64,000 bases of DNA, taken from IMG/VR virus record IMGVR_UViG_3300032605_000009, positions 1 to 64,000 of that record; one strand, written 5' to 3'. The position numbers and the translations under genes were made by a program. Below the pieces are notes generated by a model. That model worked only from the letters and a program-made list of their open reading frames with translations, was not told the origin of the DNA and searched no databases. The stretch is from a virus. The number at the start of each line of letters is the position of its first letter. The stretch's first letter is position 1. This document shows, one piece after another, positions 35,605 through 46,264 of the stretch.

Positions 35605-37872
35605 ATGGCTGGTTCAGGTATGGACAATCTTAACTCAAGCATTGGTCAGTTTAATTCAACCCTTGAGAGAACTAAGAACTCCATTTCTGGCATTGTCCAG
35701 GAGATTACTACCTTTGCCGACGCCATGCGTGGCGGAGTCTCATCTACTAGCGGTGGAAGCAGCGCTGTACCTCAAGGCTCCAGCGCAGCTACTCCTCGCT
35801 TCTCTGCACCTTCTTCTGCCTCTGGTATCGGCAGCGGAATCACTAACTTCCTGGCTTCTATCCCAGCAGTTATGGGTGCAGCGCTTGGAAGTCCAGCTTC
35901 TATCGCCTCATACCAGCTTGGTACATCTCGCTCAGCGTTCTTTGCTAATCAATCTTACGGAGCTAACGCTGCCAGCCAGATGCAGATGTCTCTTAGCGGA
36001 ACAGCTAATAGCTCTACTGATGCCTTAGCAGCTCAGGCAGCCCTGCAATCAGCAGGTATCTTTAATATTCAGCAGTTTGGTAAAGGCGTATCCTCCCTTT
36101 CAAACTATGCTCCAGGACTAGGCCTTGCTGGAACAGCTATGGCTACAGCTTCCTTGAACTCAGCTCAGACTGTAAACAAACTTAACATGCTTGGTATTAG
36201 CGAGCGAGGTTCTAACGGACTTGCTCTCGACCCAAACACAATCATCAATGAGTTCGTAGACATGATCTTCGCTAAGACTCCTCAGCTACAGCAGGGATCA
36301 GCCGCAGCCTACTCATACTTGATGGGCGCCTTGGAATCAGGCAATCAGCTTAACATTATGTTAAGTACGTACTTTACAGACCCTAATCTTATCAACCTTG
36401 TTATTACTAAGTTGTTTGCTAAGGCTAAGGGTCTTCCAGACAACGCAACTAAGTCTCAGTTAACAGCAGCTGGCATTACCACTAAGACCACAAACTTAAT
36501 GAGTAACTACAACGCTGCTCAACTTAACCTTACTCAAGCCACTACTAACGGAATCCTTCAGGGATCTGACGCGGCGCTCTCACAATTAACTAGTGCTACA
36601 AATGATTTTGCTGGTGCAGCCAAGAACCTTAATGGTCTTCTAAAAGCATACGGATACGGCGAGACAATGCTTGGTGGCTTTAATGGAGCTGTCACGTTAC
36701 TAGCTACCTCTATTGCAGGAAATCTACTTGGGCCTCTTCTTTCACTCCTTAGCGGAGGCAAAGGCGGCCTTGGTGGACTTCTTTCTACAGGAAAAGGCCT
36801 TCTAGGTGTAGCAGCTAGCGCACTTGCTGGATACGGCGTTGGAGATGTTGTTGCACAGGGCGGTAAAGCACTAGGTAACGCACTAGGTACTTCATCTACA
36901 GTTACAAGAGCAGGTTCAGCAGCTGCTGCTGCAGGAGCGGGAGCCTTAGCTGGTGCCGCTATTCCAATTCTTGGTGAGACAGGTATTAGCGAAGTAATCG
37001 GAGCTATTGCTGGCGGTATTAGCGGATGGCTTCACTCTAAGCCAGCAACTACTACAGGCGCTGGATCTGGAAGTGGTCGTGGAGCTACAGTATCTCCTTC
37101 TAATACCATGGGTGGAGGAAGTACTGCACCTGTATCTGCACTTCTTACTACAGCCGCATCTCAAATTGGAGTTCCATACTCTTGGGGTGGCGGTGGCGTA
37201 AACGGACCAAGTTCTGGTTTTGCTCAAGGCGCTGGAACCGTAGGCTTTGACTGCTCTAGCTTTGTCCAGTATGTATTTTCTAAGCAAGGTGTTTCACTTC
37301 CTAGAACAACTTATGCTCAGGTTAACTGCGGAACTGCAGTTCCTCCGTTGCAGGCTCAGCCAGGAGACCTTCTTTTCTTTGGTAGCGCAACCGCACCAGA
37401 CCACGTTGCTATCTACCTAGGTGGAGGCCGCATTATTCAAGCCCCTCATACTGGTGGTGTAGTAAGTATTGCTGGTGTAGACCTAAGTACCGTATCTGCT
37501 TGTCGCCGAGTTCTAAACGGCTCAGGCAACGGTGTTCAAATGTCTACCCTGTTTAACTCTCAAGTTATGTCGTCTATTGGCATGGGCAGCTCACCTATGC
37601 CTAATACTGTTGGCGGCTTTAGTGCTGCTGGTGGAATGGGCGGTGCTCTATCGGCTCTCTCAGGAACTGCTACAGCTGCACCTTCAACAGTTGCTGGGTA
37701 TAGCAGTGCAGTTTCTTCTGGGTCAGGAGTTGCCACAACATCAGGTAGCGGCATCACTATTAACGTAACAGTACCAGCCTCTACAAGCCCTAATGCTATA
37801 GCGCAGACTACCAAGGCTGTAGCAACCGCTGTACAGCAGGGCATAGCAAGAGCTAACGCAAGGAGCAACTAA
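35605..37872 (+). CDS. tape measure protein with NlpC/P60 peptidase domain
   Basis: Ala/Gly helical N-terminal part; GVPYSWGG..FDCSSFV..PGDLLFF..HVAIY. Confidence 0.85.
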   Translation: MAGSGMDNLNSSIGQFNSTLERTKNSISGIVQEITTFADAMRGGVSSTSGGSSAVPQGSSAATPRFSAPSSASGIGSGITNFLASIPAVMGAALGSPASIASYQLGTSRSAFFANQSYGANAASQMQMSLSGTANSSTDALAAQAALQSAGIFNIQQFGKGVSSLSNYAPGLGLAGTAMATASLNSAQTVNKLNMLGISERGSNGLALDPNTIINEFVDMIFAKTPQLQQGSAAAYSYLMGALESGNQLNIMLSTYFTDPNLINLVITKLFAKAKGLPDNATKSQLTAAGITTKTTNLMSNYNAAQLNLTQATTNGILQGSDAALSQLTSATNDFAGAAKNLNGLLKAYGYGETMLGGFNGAVTLLATSIAGNLLGPLLSLLSGGKGGLGGLLSTGKGLLGVAASALAGYGVGDVVAQGGKALGNALGTSSTVTRAGSAAAAAGAGALAGAAIPILGETGISEVIGAIAGGISGWLHSKPATTTGAGSGSGRGATVSPSNTMGGGSTAPVSALLTTAASQIGVPYSWGGGGVNGPSSGFAQGAGTVGFDCSSFVQYVFSKQGVSLPRTTYAQVNCGTAVPPLQAQPGDLLFFGSATAPDHVAIYLGGGRIIQAPHTGGVVSIAGVDLSTVSACRRVLNGSGNGVQMSTLFNSQVMSSIGMGSSPMPNTVGGFSAAGGMGGALSALSGTATAAPSTVAGYSSAVSSGSGVATTSGSGITINVTVPASTSPNAIAQTTKAVATAVQQGIARANARSN

Positions 37873-39524
37873 TGGCATCTCGTAACTCATCTGTAAAAAC
37901 TAATGCTCAGTGGGTCGCCTACGCGTCGTCCTACATCAACGACAGCACCAACACACTATCTATCAGAAGTAAGCTATCAACTTTGCAAACCGCCTATACA
38001 ATCAACATGGCTAATGCTCAAGCCTCTCTTGACAACCAAAACGGCGTTTTCAATGGAACTCTTCCTGAGGACGTTATTGGTGGCAGAAACTATAACTTCA
38101 GTGCTATTCAAAAAGCTATTGAGGACAGCTCTGTTGTTATCAATAACGTTGAGTTCTCTAACAGCCTTGCATACGGAGACCAATCTAACCTGCAAGCTTA
38201 CTTAAATTATAAGTATTCAGCTGATATCGGGGCGTACGCTAACAGCCACGGCGAGTGGGTCCTCAACCTACACGATGCTGTGGACTTCTATACTAAAGAG
38301 CCTTTGCTTAGCGAAATGAACAGTTATGTTCCTAGACTTACTGGAGCCAATCAAACAGCTGCGCTAAACTTTATTGCCGATCTACCCCAACTAACTAAAA
38401 CAGTTGTGGACAAGATGGCCAAGGTTACTGCCAGCATTAAAACGATTACTGCCTCGCTAGATATTGAAAAAGGTAGCATTACTACTAGCTACGTTAATCA
38501 AGTTAAAGCCTTAATCGGTGGAGGAAAGCCCCAAAGCCCTACAGTTGTTGGTTCAGGTGGGGCTAACGGCGGTACTGGCGGCGGAGGTAAGCCAGCAAAG
38601 ACTAACCTCAATGGGTCTGATCCAAGCTCTACTGACACGCCTCCATCTAAGTATCCTCCTACAGCTGAGTTCAATCTTCCTCCACATCAATGGAGTCTTC
38701 CACTAAGCGCTAAGACCATGGAGCCTGCTTTATCTTCAGCAGCATCCCAGTCTGGTGACGTGAACCGCAGAGGTCGTTTTTGGTTCTATGCAGACAGCGC
38801 TACTCAATACACGGCTAAAGCCAATGCCGCAAGAGACTACGGATTCCAATTCATTTGGAACCCTACAGACTACTCAGTAAGCGTAGCTTTGAACCCAGAC
38901 GTCACTCCTTCATCATCTATGTACTGGGGAACAGCCCTTCCTGTGTTCCCAAGCGGTGAAAATCTATCTGTATCGATCATCTTGGACCGTACAAATGACT
39001 TTGCTTGCTTTGGCCCATACGCCAGCACAATTGGAGCAGCAACTATCGTCGGACAAGCTACTGCCGCGAACCCTGCAAACCAGGACCTACTAAATGCCCT
39101 TACAAATCTAGAGCAAGCTCTTACAGACACCGCCAGCAACGTGACTGCAGCACAATTTACTCCGTACTACGCAAACGCGGGAACCAACGTAGAAACTCAA
39201 ATTGCTGATCTTATGCGCCGAGGAACTCTGGCTGACCTTGAGTACCTATACAAGTGCATTAACGGTGATGGCTGGGTGCGGTTAGATCAGGCAACCTCAG
39301 ATATCGGATTCTTGGCTATGACACTAGTAGAGATCGAGCTGGGGCCTATGCGCTACCTTGGGTATCTAAATAACCTAAATATTAGTCATCAAAAGTTTAC
39401 GGAAGAGATGATTCCGCTTACAAGCCAGGTAGACCTGCAGTTTGTACTTATGGCATCTGCTTCTGTTGCACAGTCTTCCTCACTTTCTAGAACTGGAACA
39501 GGAGCGGCGGTGGCTACATCATGA
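37872..39524 (+). CDS. baseplate/tail-tube initiator-like protein
   Basis: YGFQFIWNP..; position after tape measure. Confidence 0.55.
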   Translation: MASRNSSVKTNAQWVAYASSYINDSTNTLSIRSKLSTLQTAYTINMANAQASLDNQNGVFNGTLPEDVIGGRNYNFSAIQKAIEDSSVVINNVEFSNSLAYGDQSNLQAYLNYKYSADIGAYANSHGEWVLNLHDAVDFYTKEPLLSEMNSYVPRLTGANQTAALNFIADLPQLTKTVVDKMAKVTASIKTITASLDIEKGSITTSYVNQVKALIGGGKPQSPTVVGSGGANGGTGGGGKPAKTNLNGSDPSSTDTPPSKYPPTAEFNLPPHQWSLPLSAKTMEPALSSAASQSGDVNRRGRFWFYADSATQYTAKANAARDYGFQFIWNPTDYSVSVALNPDVTPSSSMYWGTALPVFPSGENLSVSIILDRTNDFACFGPYASTIGAATIVGQATAANPANQDLLNALTNLEQALTDTASNVTAAQFTPYYANAGTNVETQIADLMRRGTLADLEYLYKCINGDGWVRLDQATSDIGFLAMTLVEIELGPMRYLGYLNNLNISHQKFTEEMIPLTSQVDLQFVLMASASVAQSSSLSRTGTGAAVATS

Positions 39525-39805
39525 GTATTGATATTAACTCTCGTTACTACTACTCAACTATTGATTACATCCAACTTGTGGAGGACAGCGATAACAAAGC
39601 TATTGTCTTTTATGAGTTCGACACCATCGGAACGATCACCTATACAAAGCATATATACGTAGAAGGCGAACGCTTAGACTCAATCGCCTACAAGTACTGG
39701 GGACGATCAAACCTCTGGTGGGTAATCCCTGAGTACAACCCATCTATAACCGACTTTACTAATATCGCACCTGGAACAGAATTGATCATCCCTACAAATG
39801 TTTAA
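39521..39805 (+). CDS. LysM/tail-X-like baseplate protein
   Basis: EGERLDSIAYKYWG..WWVI..NP..PGTELIIP. Confidence 0.8.
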   Translation: MSIDINSRYYYSTIDYIQLVEDSDNKAIVFYEFDTIGTITYTKHIYVEGERLDSIAYKYWGRSNLWWVIPEYNPSITDFTNIAPGTELIIPTNV

Positions 39806-41132
39806 TTTCATAGACATTGAGTTTCCTAATTCAGGGCTGCCTTTAGTTCTTTCCTACAGAACTACCTTCCATCAAGCTAGATATGAGCATGAAGAAGTAA
39901 CCATGTACATAAAGAACTGGGGCGTTCAGTATGCCCGAATTCAAAACGGAACCCCTATTCAAGCTACCTTTAAGTCCCCTACTGGGTCTAGGACCTTTCA
40001 AGGGTACGTCCACAGCGTAACTCCAGACCTATCTCCAGGAAAAAACTTCGCTCAGGTAGTCGCTTACGGCGCGTCGTACGTTATGAAGCAAGCCTCTCAA
40101 AAGATCTGGACTAACGTAACTGCGGATACCGTGGTGGCTGAAATTGCTAAGAAGTATGGTTTTTCTTATAACGCTATGCCGCACCCACGTGTCTACGACC
40201 ACTTAATTCAAGCGGGAGAGTCTGATTGGGCTTTTCTAGTAAAGCTAGCAAAACAATGCGGTTACTCTCTAAGAGCTGAGAACACAGCACTTTACTTTAA
40301 CGAAATTACAAATGACTACAAGCAGAACTTTCAAAGCGCTAAATATGCCATTATGCGTGAAGCTAACAGCTCTCTTGGTAGCAGCATGTTTAAGTTTACT
40401 CCAGAGGTATCTGAAGCAAATGACATTGATGCTGGAGTCATGAAGGCTGCTACAGCTGTAGGCGGAGTCAACCTAGATACAGCTACTGCAATAGTCACCA
40501 CTAATCAAAGCAGACCTACGACCACAAAGACCGTCTCTAAGTCTGAAATGTTCGACAGATTCTCTCCTACTGTTGTGATATCTAATGGAAACGTAGCTTC
40601 TTCTGAGGCTAAAGCCGCAGATGAGCGAGCTAGATACCCATATCGTGGAAGCGTTCAACTGCTGGGCGATGCCACACTAAAGCCAGATCTTCCAATTTAC
40701 TTAGACGGCCTAGGCACTGAGTACTCTGGGTACTGGACAATTCTAAGCGCTGACCACATATTTGAAGAACACATGTATACAACTGAACTGCATGTGGGTT
40801 CTGATTCTTTAGGCAAAGCTTCTCCTGGATTTACAGGTAGCCCAGACCTAATACCTTCAACGGTACCAAAAAGGCAGATTACGCCAAATGTTGCTCAGAC
40901 AAATAAGAAGGTAACTTCAAGCTTATCTCAAAACTCTCGTGCTGTTAACGGGGCAACCAAATCGACTAGCCTTGTTGCCACTAACAACAGAAAGCAGCCT
41001 AAGGTAGGAAGAACCGATTCTTCTAGCTCCGCTAAGTGGTCTGGGCCAGTAACTAATTTACTAAGTGCGCCTAAGAAAACTAACTTATCATCAGCAGCTG
41101 TAGCTAAGTTAAGGAGTACAGGTGTCCGATAA
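39798..41132 (+). CDS. baseplate hub (gpD/VgrG/gp27-like)
   Basis: FQGYV, IAKKYG, QAGESDWAFL..LA. Confidence 0.85.
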   Translation: MFNFIDIEFPNSGLPLVLSYRTTFHQARYEHEEVTMYIKNWGVQYARIQNGTPIQATFKSPTGSRTFQGYVHSVTPDLSPGKNFAQVVAYGASYVMKQASQKIWTNVTADTVVAEIAKKYGFSYNAMPHPRVYDHLIQAGESDWAFLVKLAKQCGYSLRAENTALYFNEITNDYKQNFQSAKYAIMREANSSLGSSMFKFTPEVSEANDIDAGVMKAATAVGGVNLDTATAIVTTNQSRPTTTKTVSKSEMFDRFSPTVVISNGNVASSEAKAADERARYPYRGSVQLLGDATLKPDLPIYLDGLGTEYSGYWTILSADHIFEEHMYTTELHVGSDSLGKASPGFTGSPDLIPSTVPKRQITPNVAQTNKKVTSSLSQNSRAVNGATKSTSLVATNNRKQPKVGRTDSSSSAKWSGPVTNLLSAPKKTNLSSAAVAKLRSTGVR

Positions 41133-41490
41133 ATATTATGGTTTGTACAGAGCTATCTGTACCGATAACAACGATCCCGCAGGAACGAACAAAATCCGCG
41201 TCCAAATACCTTCAATAGTAGGCACAACCGATGACAGTGGTGACTTGTTTCAGACTGGGTGGATACCTGGATGTTTACCTGCTGTTGATAACGGAACGCA
41301 TCTTAACCACACAGATGAGTATACAACTACATCGACTTCGATTGGGCCTTACGGTTCACACACTCACAACGTAACCCTGAACGCAGAGCACTCTTCGCAT
41401 TTAACGGTACCTAACGTAGGGCAGCCTGTGTGGATCATGTTTGAGCAAGGCGACGTTAACTTTCCAGTATGGATGGGAGTATACCTATGA
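41122..41490 (+). CDS. baseplate spike OB-fold protein (gpV/gp5 N-terminal-like)
   Basis: YYGLYRA..NNDP..IRVQIP; VPNVGQPVWIMFEQGD..PVWMG. Confidence 0.85.
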   Translation: MSDKYYGLYRAICTDNNDPAGTNKIRVQIPSIVGTTDDSGDLFQTGWIPGCLPAVDNGTHLNHTDEYTTTSTSIGPYGSHTHNVTLNAEHSSHLTVPNVGQPVWIMFEQGDVNFPVWMGVYL

Positions 41491-41888
41491 CCGAGAGAGC
41501 TATAGCTTTCCCGTTTTCAATTGACTCAACTGGGTCGATCTTGACAACCACAAATGAGGAGAAGATCTGGCAAGACAGAGTTGCCTTTGTCCTGCTTACC
41601 AATGAAGGCGAAAGAGTTATGCGCCCTACATTTGGCTCCCAGATAAACGCCCTTATCTTTGAGAACAACTTCTCTAGCACTACTGCCGCCGAACGTGTGG
41701 TGGCTGGTGCGTTCTCACGCTGGCTACCCACGCTAAAACTGAACAACGTAGTCGCTCTTCCAGACACAGTTAGCGGAGGATTGGTAGTCCAAATTACTTA
41801 TACTTTACCTAGCGGCCAGCCAGGTACGGTCACCACCTATACCAACACAGCAAACATTAACCGCTACGGCGATATCGTAACGAACTAA
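41487..41888 (+). CDS. baseplate wedge/sheath initiator (GPW/gp25)
   Basis: LLTNEGERVMRPTFGS. Confidence 0.9.
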   Translation: MTERAIAFPFSIDSTGSILTTTNEEKIWQDRVAFVLLTNEGERVMRPTFGSQINALIFENNFSSTTAAERVVAGAFSRWLPTLKLNNVVALPDTVSGGLVVQITYTLPSGQPGTVTTYTNTANINRYGDIVTN

Positions 41889-41900
41889 GTAGGAGACCAA

Positions 41901-43577
41901 ATGGCAACCAGCAGTAACTATGTCCCACAGGTGGATTACACCTCCCGTGACTATGCGGCTATCAGCGCTGATCTTCAGAACCTGATTCCTAACTTCCTGC
42001 CCGACTGGACCAACCGTGACCCAGCTGACTTTGGTATTACCCTGATTGAGCTATTCGCTTATATGGGTGACCTCATGTCCTACTACATTGACCGCTCTGC
42101 TAACGAGGCATTCTTAACCACAGCCAGCCAGCGTCAAAGCGTTCTTCAGATCGCCAATTTGCTCAATTACACCCCTAGTGGCTTGATTGACGCGACAACC
42201 ACCTTAGAGTTTACAAACTCTACAACCTCAGCTATCACAGTACCAGCGGGTACTCAGGTAGCTACAACTGCCGTAGTAAACGGCACTAACCCACAGGTTA
42301 TCTTTGAAACCCAGCTCGATGTCGTAGTACCAGCAACCAGCACAACTGCTGTTGGAACAGCGTCTTCTACATCAGTGGTAACTTTGTCTGCGGCTAACAC
42401 CAACATCTCTGTAGGAATGACAGTAGCTGGAACAGGCGTCGACTCTGGCACCATAGTAACGGCAGTAAACAGTGACGTCTCTATTACCCTAAGCGAATCT
42501 GTTACTTTGTCAGCAGTCACTCTTACCTTTACTTCTCCAAGCCCAACAGCTTCAGTTCAGGCTCAAGAAGGTCAGACAATCACCTCTGATCCTATTCAGG
42601 TATCTGATGGACTGGCCTCTCAGATTTACCAGCTTGTACAAAGTCCAGTAATCCAAAACAGCGTGGCTGTAACTGTAGACAACAACATCTACACCCAGGT
42701 AAGCAATCTTCTTGACTCAGGTCCAAATGATGCCGTCTTTGCAGTAACAATAGACGCAAACAACAACAGTTACGTTCAGTTTGGCGACAACATCAGTGGC
42801 CGTATCCCGCCAATCAACTCTCTTATTAGCTTCACCTATCGTATTGGCGTAGGCGCGGCAGGAAACGTTTCTGCTGGCTCATTAACCAAGATCTTGAACC
42901 TTAACGCTGCTGGACTTTCCGTAACCCAAGCTAACCCAGCTATCGGTGGCGCAGACATCGAATCCACTGACTCTATCCGTGTAAATGCGCAGGCCCCTGT
43001 GTCAAACAGTGGTCGCGTTGTATCTTTACAGGACTATCAAACCGCAGTTACAGGCGGAGTACAAAATGCTAGTAAAGCTAACGCGATCTCTAGTGTCTAC
43101 ACGGCAGTTACTCTTTATGTAGCTCAAAAAGGTGACCCAGGAATCGATCCACTAACAAGTGATTACACCACTGCGTTCGTTACCTTGTCTTCTTCAGTTC
43201 AAAGCTTCTTGACAGGTAAGACAGCCCCTAACGTAACGGTCAGCGTGCTTCCTCCGACTTATGTACCTATCAACGTTACATTGGCAATCGTTGCCCCTAA
43301 GAACGTGCGAAACAGCACCGTTCAGACCGCTGCAACAGCAGCTATCGCTGGCCTACTTACCTTTGACGCCACATCTTTCGGTGAAACTGTTAAAGTTGAT
43401 GATATAAGGAACGCCCTGTACGCACTAAATAGTCAAAACACTCAGGTGTCAAGCATTACGTTCACGACCGTGGCCCGTTCAAACGGTTCAGGTTACGCGG
43501 ACGTTGTTTGCGCCCCGAATGAGATACCCGAAGCTGGAACAATAACTGTAACCGTAACTGGCGGAATCTCGAGCTAA
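41901..43577 (+). CDS. baseplate J-like wedge protein
   Basis: DYTSRDY, DFGITLIEL, FGD..GRIP, GGADIES, RVVSLQDY. Confidence 0.9.
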   Translation: MATSSNYVPQVDYTSRDYAAISADLQNLIPNFLPDWTNRDPADFGITLIELFAYMGDLMSYYIDRSANEAFLTTASQRQSVLQIANLLNYTPSGLIDATTTLEFTNSTTSAITVPAGTQVATTAVVNGTNPQVIFETQLDVVVPATSTTAVGTASSTSVVTLSAANTNISVGMTVAGTGVDSGTIVTAVNSDVSITLSESVTLSAVTLTFTSPSPTASVQAQEGQTITSDPIQVSDGLASQIYQLVQSPVIQNSVAVTVDNNIYTQVSNLLDSGPNDAVFAVTIDANNNSYVQFGDNISGRIPPINSLISFTYRIGVGAAGNVSAGSLTKILNLNAAGLSVTQANPAIGGADIESTDSIRVNAQAPVSNSGRVVSLQDYQTAVTGGVQNASKANAISSVYTAVTLYVAQKGDPGIDPLTSDYTTAFVTLSSSVQSFLTGKTAPNVTVSVLPPTYVPINVTLAIVAPKNVRNSTVQTAATAAIAGLLTFDATSFGETVKVDDIRNALYALNSQNTQVSSITFTTVARSNGSGYADVVCAPNEIPEAGTITVTVTGGISS

Positions 43578-43586
43578 GGACAGAGA

Positions 43587-43946
43587 ATGACTACTTACTA
43601 TCCAAATGGGATAACCCCTTTTACTACTCACGTAGACATCACTGAGATCATTGATGCGTCTCATGTCAACAAGCTTCAGACTGAAGTAACCTCTATCGAA
43701 ACAATCGTAGGTGTTACCCCATCTACTGTACCTACAGGCGGCTTTGCTACCGACCTTACGGCAGCTTCCAGCACGAGCAATCCAACGCCTACGTCAAATT
43801 TGTACTTGACGGCTGGGACTCAATTTAACAGCATCTCTGATCGTATTACAAACGTTGAAAACATTGCTATCACGGCTTACACCTCAGGAGCAGCTGCAGC
43901 ACAGGTAGGAAATGTACTAGCGGTAGAAGTACTCGGCGGATTCTAA
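43587..43946 (+). CDS. baseplate/fibre-associated protein
   Basis: ASHVNKLQTEV motif; position. Confidence 0.55.
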   Translation: MTTYYPNGITPFTTHVDITEIIDASHVNKLQTEVTSIETIVGVTPSTVPTGGFATDLTAASSTSNPTPTSNLYLTAGTQFNSISDRITNVENIAITAYTSGAAAAQVGNVLAVEVLGGF

Positions 43947-43960
43947 CTTAAGGACTACAC

Positions 43961-46255
43961 GTGGCAACATACGGAATTGATTACTACGGCCGCGGCTACT
44001 ACGGAAACGTAAGCCTAGCTAACTTTGACGCAAACCCTTTTACAGCCGCGCCTCTTGACTATGGCAAGATCTATCTTCAATGGAACACGCCTACAGGTAA
44101 CTATTCAGGCATCCGCCTTGTTCGTAACGGTAGCGGTTTTCCTCAAACTGCCGATGATGGAGACGTTCTAGTAGACGGCAGCTATGGAACAGTAGCAAAC
44201 GACTTTTACGACCCATCACCTTACGGCTACGACGGAACCTTGCCTATGGGCAAGTTCTTCTACTACTCAATCTTTGTTTCAGACACTGATACAGGCCAAT
44301 GGGTGCGTGCTGCAAATGCTGCTGGCCTATCTGTCAAAAATTACGGTACGCCAGACGCTATGTACGATTACCTTCCTGGTATCTATAAGACAACAGACAT
44401 TACAGCTCCAGTAGACACCTCTGATAACCCAATTCTCTCTGGGTTTTTAAAGATCTTTGGCTTTTACTACGACATGATGCGCACAGAGATCGACAACATC
44501 ACATCACGCTATGACGTAGCTAACCTTTCTGGAAATCTAATTCCTGGCTTGATGCAGCAGTTCGGCATCCAGTACGAACCTGAGCTAGGTCTTGCTCGTG
44601 GACGATCGTTCCTCTCTAACGTAGTACATATTAACAAAACCAAGGGAAGCCTTGCGGGAGTTCAAGATTACGTTAAATCCTTTACAGGTAACGCTGGAAT
44701 TGTGACATTGGGTAAGAACTTGATGCTTGACATCAATGACTCTTCTGCGGAGCAGAGTATTGGTAGTTGGACAGTCACTAATGCCACGATCACTCAGCAT
44801 GTTCCTCAATTTATTACCTCGTGGTCGGTAAGCGCTAGCACCTCATCTAGCACTCTCACGGTCACAGTGCCAAGTACAGCAGAGTTTTCTACGGGCAATA
44901 CCATTGAGATCTACGGAACTACGCTTATTAACGGCACCTATACGCTTACAGGAACAACCACGTCTACAGTTTCAATGGTGACCGCGACTCCGTTTCCTAC
45001 TGCTCAAAGCGGCACTGGTGGCCAGATTTCTAAGCATGCTCCGTACAACGAGACGGCTAATCCTTACGGTGTCCAAAATGGCCGTAACGGTGAATTTAAG
45101 ATTACTGCTACAGGTACCTCAGCCATTACTGGCACATGCTTAAACACATCAGTAGCTATTGCAGTAGGAAACGACACTACAACAACCTACTACCAGAGCC
45201 CTACCTCTCACAGCATTGGTGTATCCGCTTCTACCGAGTACACCCTCAGCTATAGAGCTTGGTCATACGCAACAGCACGTAGCTTTAAGGCTGGAATTAA
45301 CTGGTACGACCGCACAGGAACAATCATCGGCAGCACCGCACTCGGTTCAGCAACAACATCAACTACAACTTCTTGGACGACTATCAGCGTAACAGCTACC
45401 TCTCCAAGCAATGCTGTATTTGCTATTCCAGTATTTACTATCGCTAGCCCGACTGCCAACGAAGTCCACTTCCTAGATGCGTTTCAGTTTGAGGCAGGTG
45501 GATCAGTTACCTACTTCCAAGAGTCTCGCTTAGTGCAGATAGCAGTCGCCGCAAACCGAGTCAACCTCTTTGTTAATCCTAACTTTGAGTACAGCACGAA
45601 TGCTCCTTGGACTGCTACTAACGGAACACTGATTACGCAGTCGGACACTGTAGTACCTAACTCATCACCTAACATTGCTATCAGCTCAAGCGCTTTAGAG
45701 CTTCATAACTCAAGCACCTCAGCAGTTACCTTAAGCTCAGCAGCTACTTCAGCTGACTACATGCCAGTGCTTAGCAATGAGACCTACACCTTTAGCGGTT
45801 ACTTCTTTATGTCACCAGATGATGGAGCACCTGCTCCGCAAGGAATTTACTTCAAGACAATCTGGTATGACTCAAGTAACACACTCATCTCGTCTAGCTT
45901 TAGCCAGACGTTTACAGTAAGTACTACTGAGTGGAACAGATTCTCGTTTACAACGGCTTCTCCTAATAATGCTGCTAGCTGTAAGTTTCAGGTCGTATGG
46001 CCAGCACCTACTACCACAGGCATTGCGATATTGATGGATGCCTTCCTATTTGAGGCCTCTGCTTATGTGGACAGCTTCTTTGACGGAAGCTTTGGTTACG
46101 CTGATCTAGGCGATGTAACTTGGAAGGGCACACCTAATCAGAGCCCTAGTTACTACTACCGTAACCGCTTTGCTACGCAGAACCGCGTCAACGAGACACT
46201 GCCTAACTACCTGATGATAGGAACTAACTTTGCAACTTATTACGCGCAAGCGTAG
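43961..46255 (+). CDS. tail protein I-like baseplate protein with carbohydrate-binding-like domains
   Basis: YLPGIY..FL..F, KGSLAG; NLFVNPNFE and YTFSGY CBM-like segments. Confidence 0.7.
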   Translation: MATYGIDYYGRGYYGNVSLANFDANPFTAAPLDYGKIYLQWNTPTGNYSGIRLVRNGSGFPQTADDGDVLVDGSYGTVANDFYDPSPYGYDGTLPMGKFFYYSIFVSDTDTGQWVRAANAAGLSVKNYGTPDAMYDYLPGIYKTTDITAPVDTSDNPILSGFLKIFGFYYDMMRTEIDNITSRYDVANLSGNLIPGLMQQFGIQYEPELGLARGRSFLSNVVHINKTKGSLAGVQDYVKSFTGNAGIVTLGKNLMLDINDSSAEQSIGSWTVTNATITQHVPQFITSWSVSASTSSSTLTVTVPSTAEFSTGNTIEIYGTTLINGTYTLTGTTTSTVSMVTATPFPTAQSGTGGQISKHAPYNETANPYGVQNGRNGEFKITATGTSAITGTCLNTSVAIAVGNDTTTTYYQSPTSHSIGVSASTEYTLSYRAWSYATARSFKAGINWYDRTGTIIGSTALGSATTSTTTSWTTISVTATSPSNAVFAIPVFTIASPTANEVHFLDAFQFEAGGSVTYFQESRLVQIAVAANRVNLFVNPNFEYSTNAPWTATNGTLITQSDTVVPNSSPNIAISSSALELHNSSTSAVTLSSAATSADYMPVLSNETYTFSGYFFMSPDDGAPAPQGIYFKTIWYDSSNTLISSSFSQTFTVSTTEWNRFSFTTASPNNAASCKFQVVWPAPTTTGIAILMDAFLFEASAYVDSFFDGSFGYADLGDVTWKGTPNQSPSYYYRNRFATQNRVNETLPNYLMIGTNFATYYAQA

Positions 46256-46264
46256 TATGGAGCT

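Noticed and set aside
32449-46255. Stand-alone contractile injection system/tailocin
   Set aside because: Terminase, portal, capsid and replication genes show it is a complete phage.
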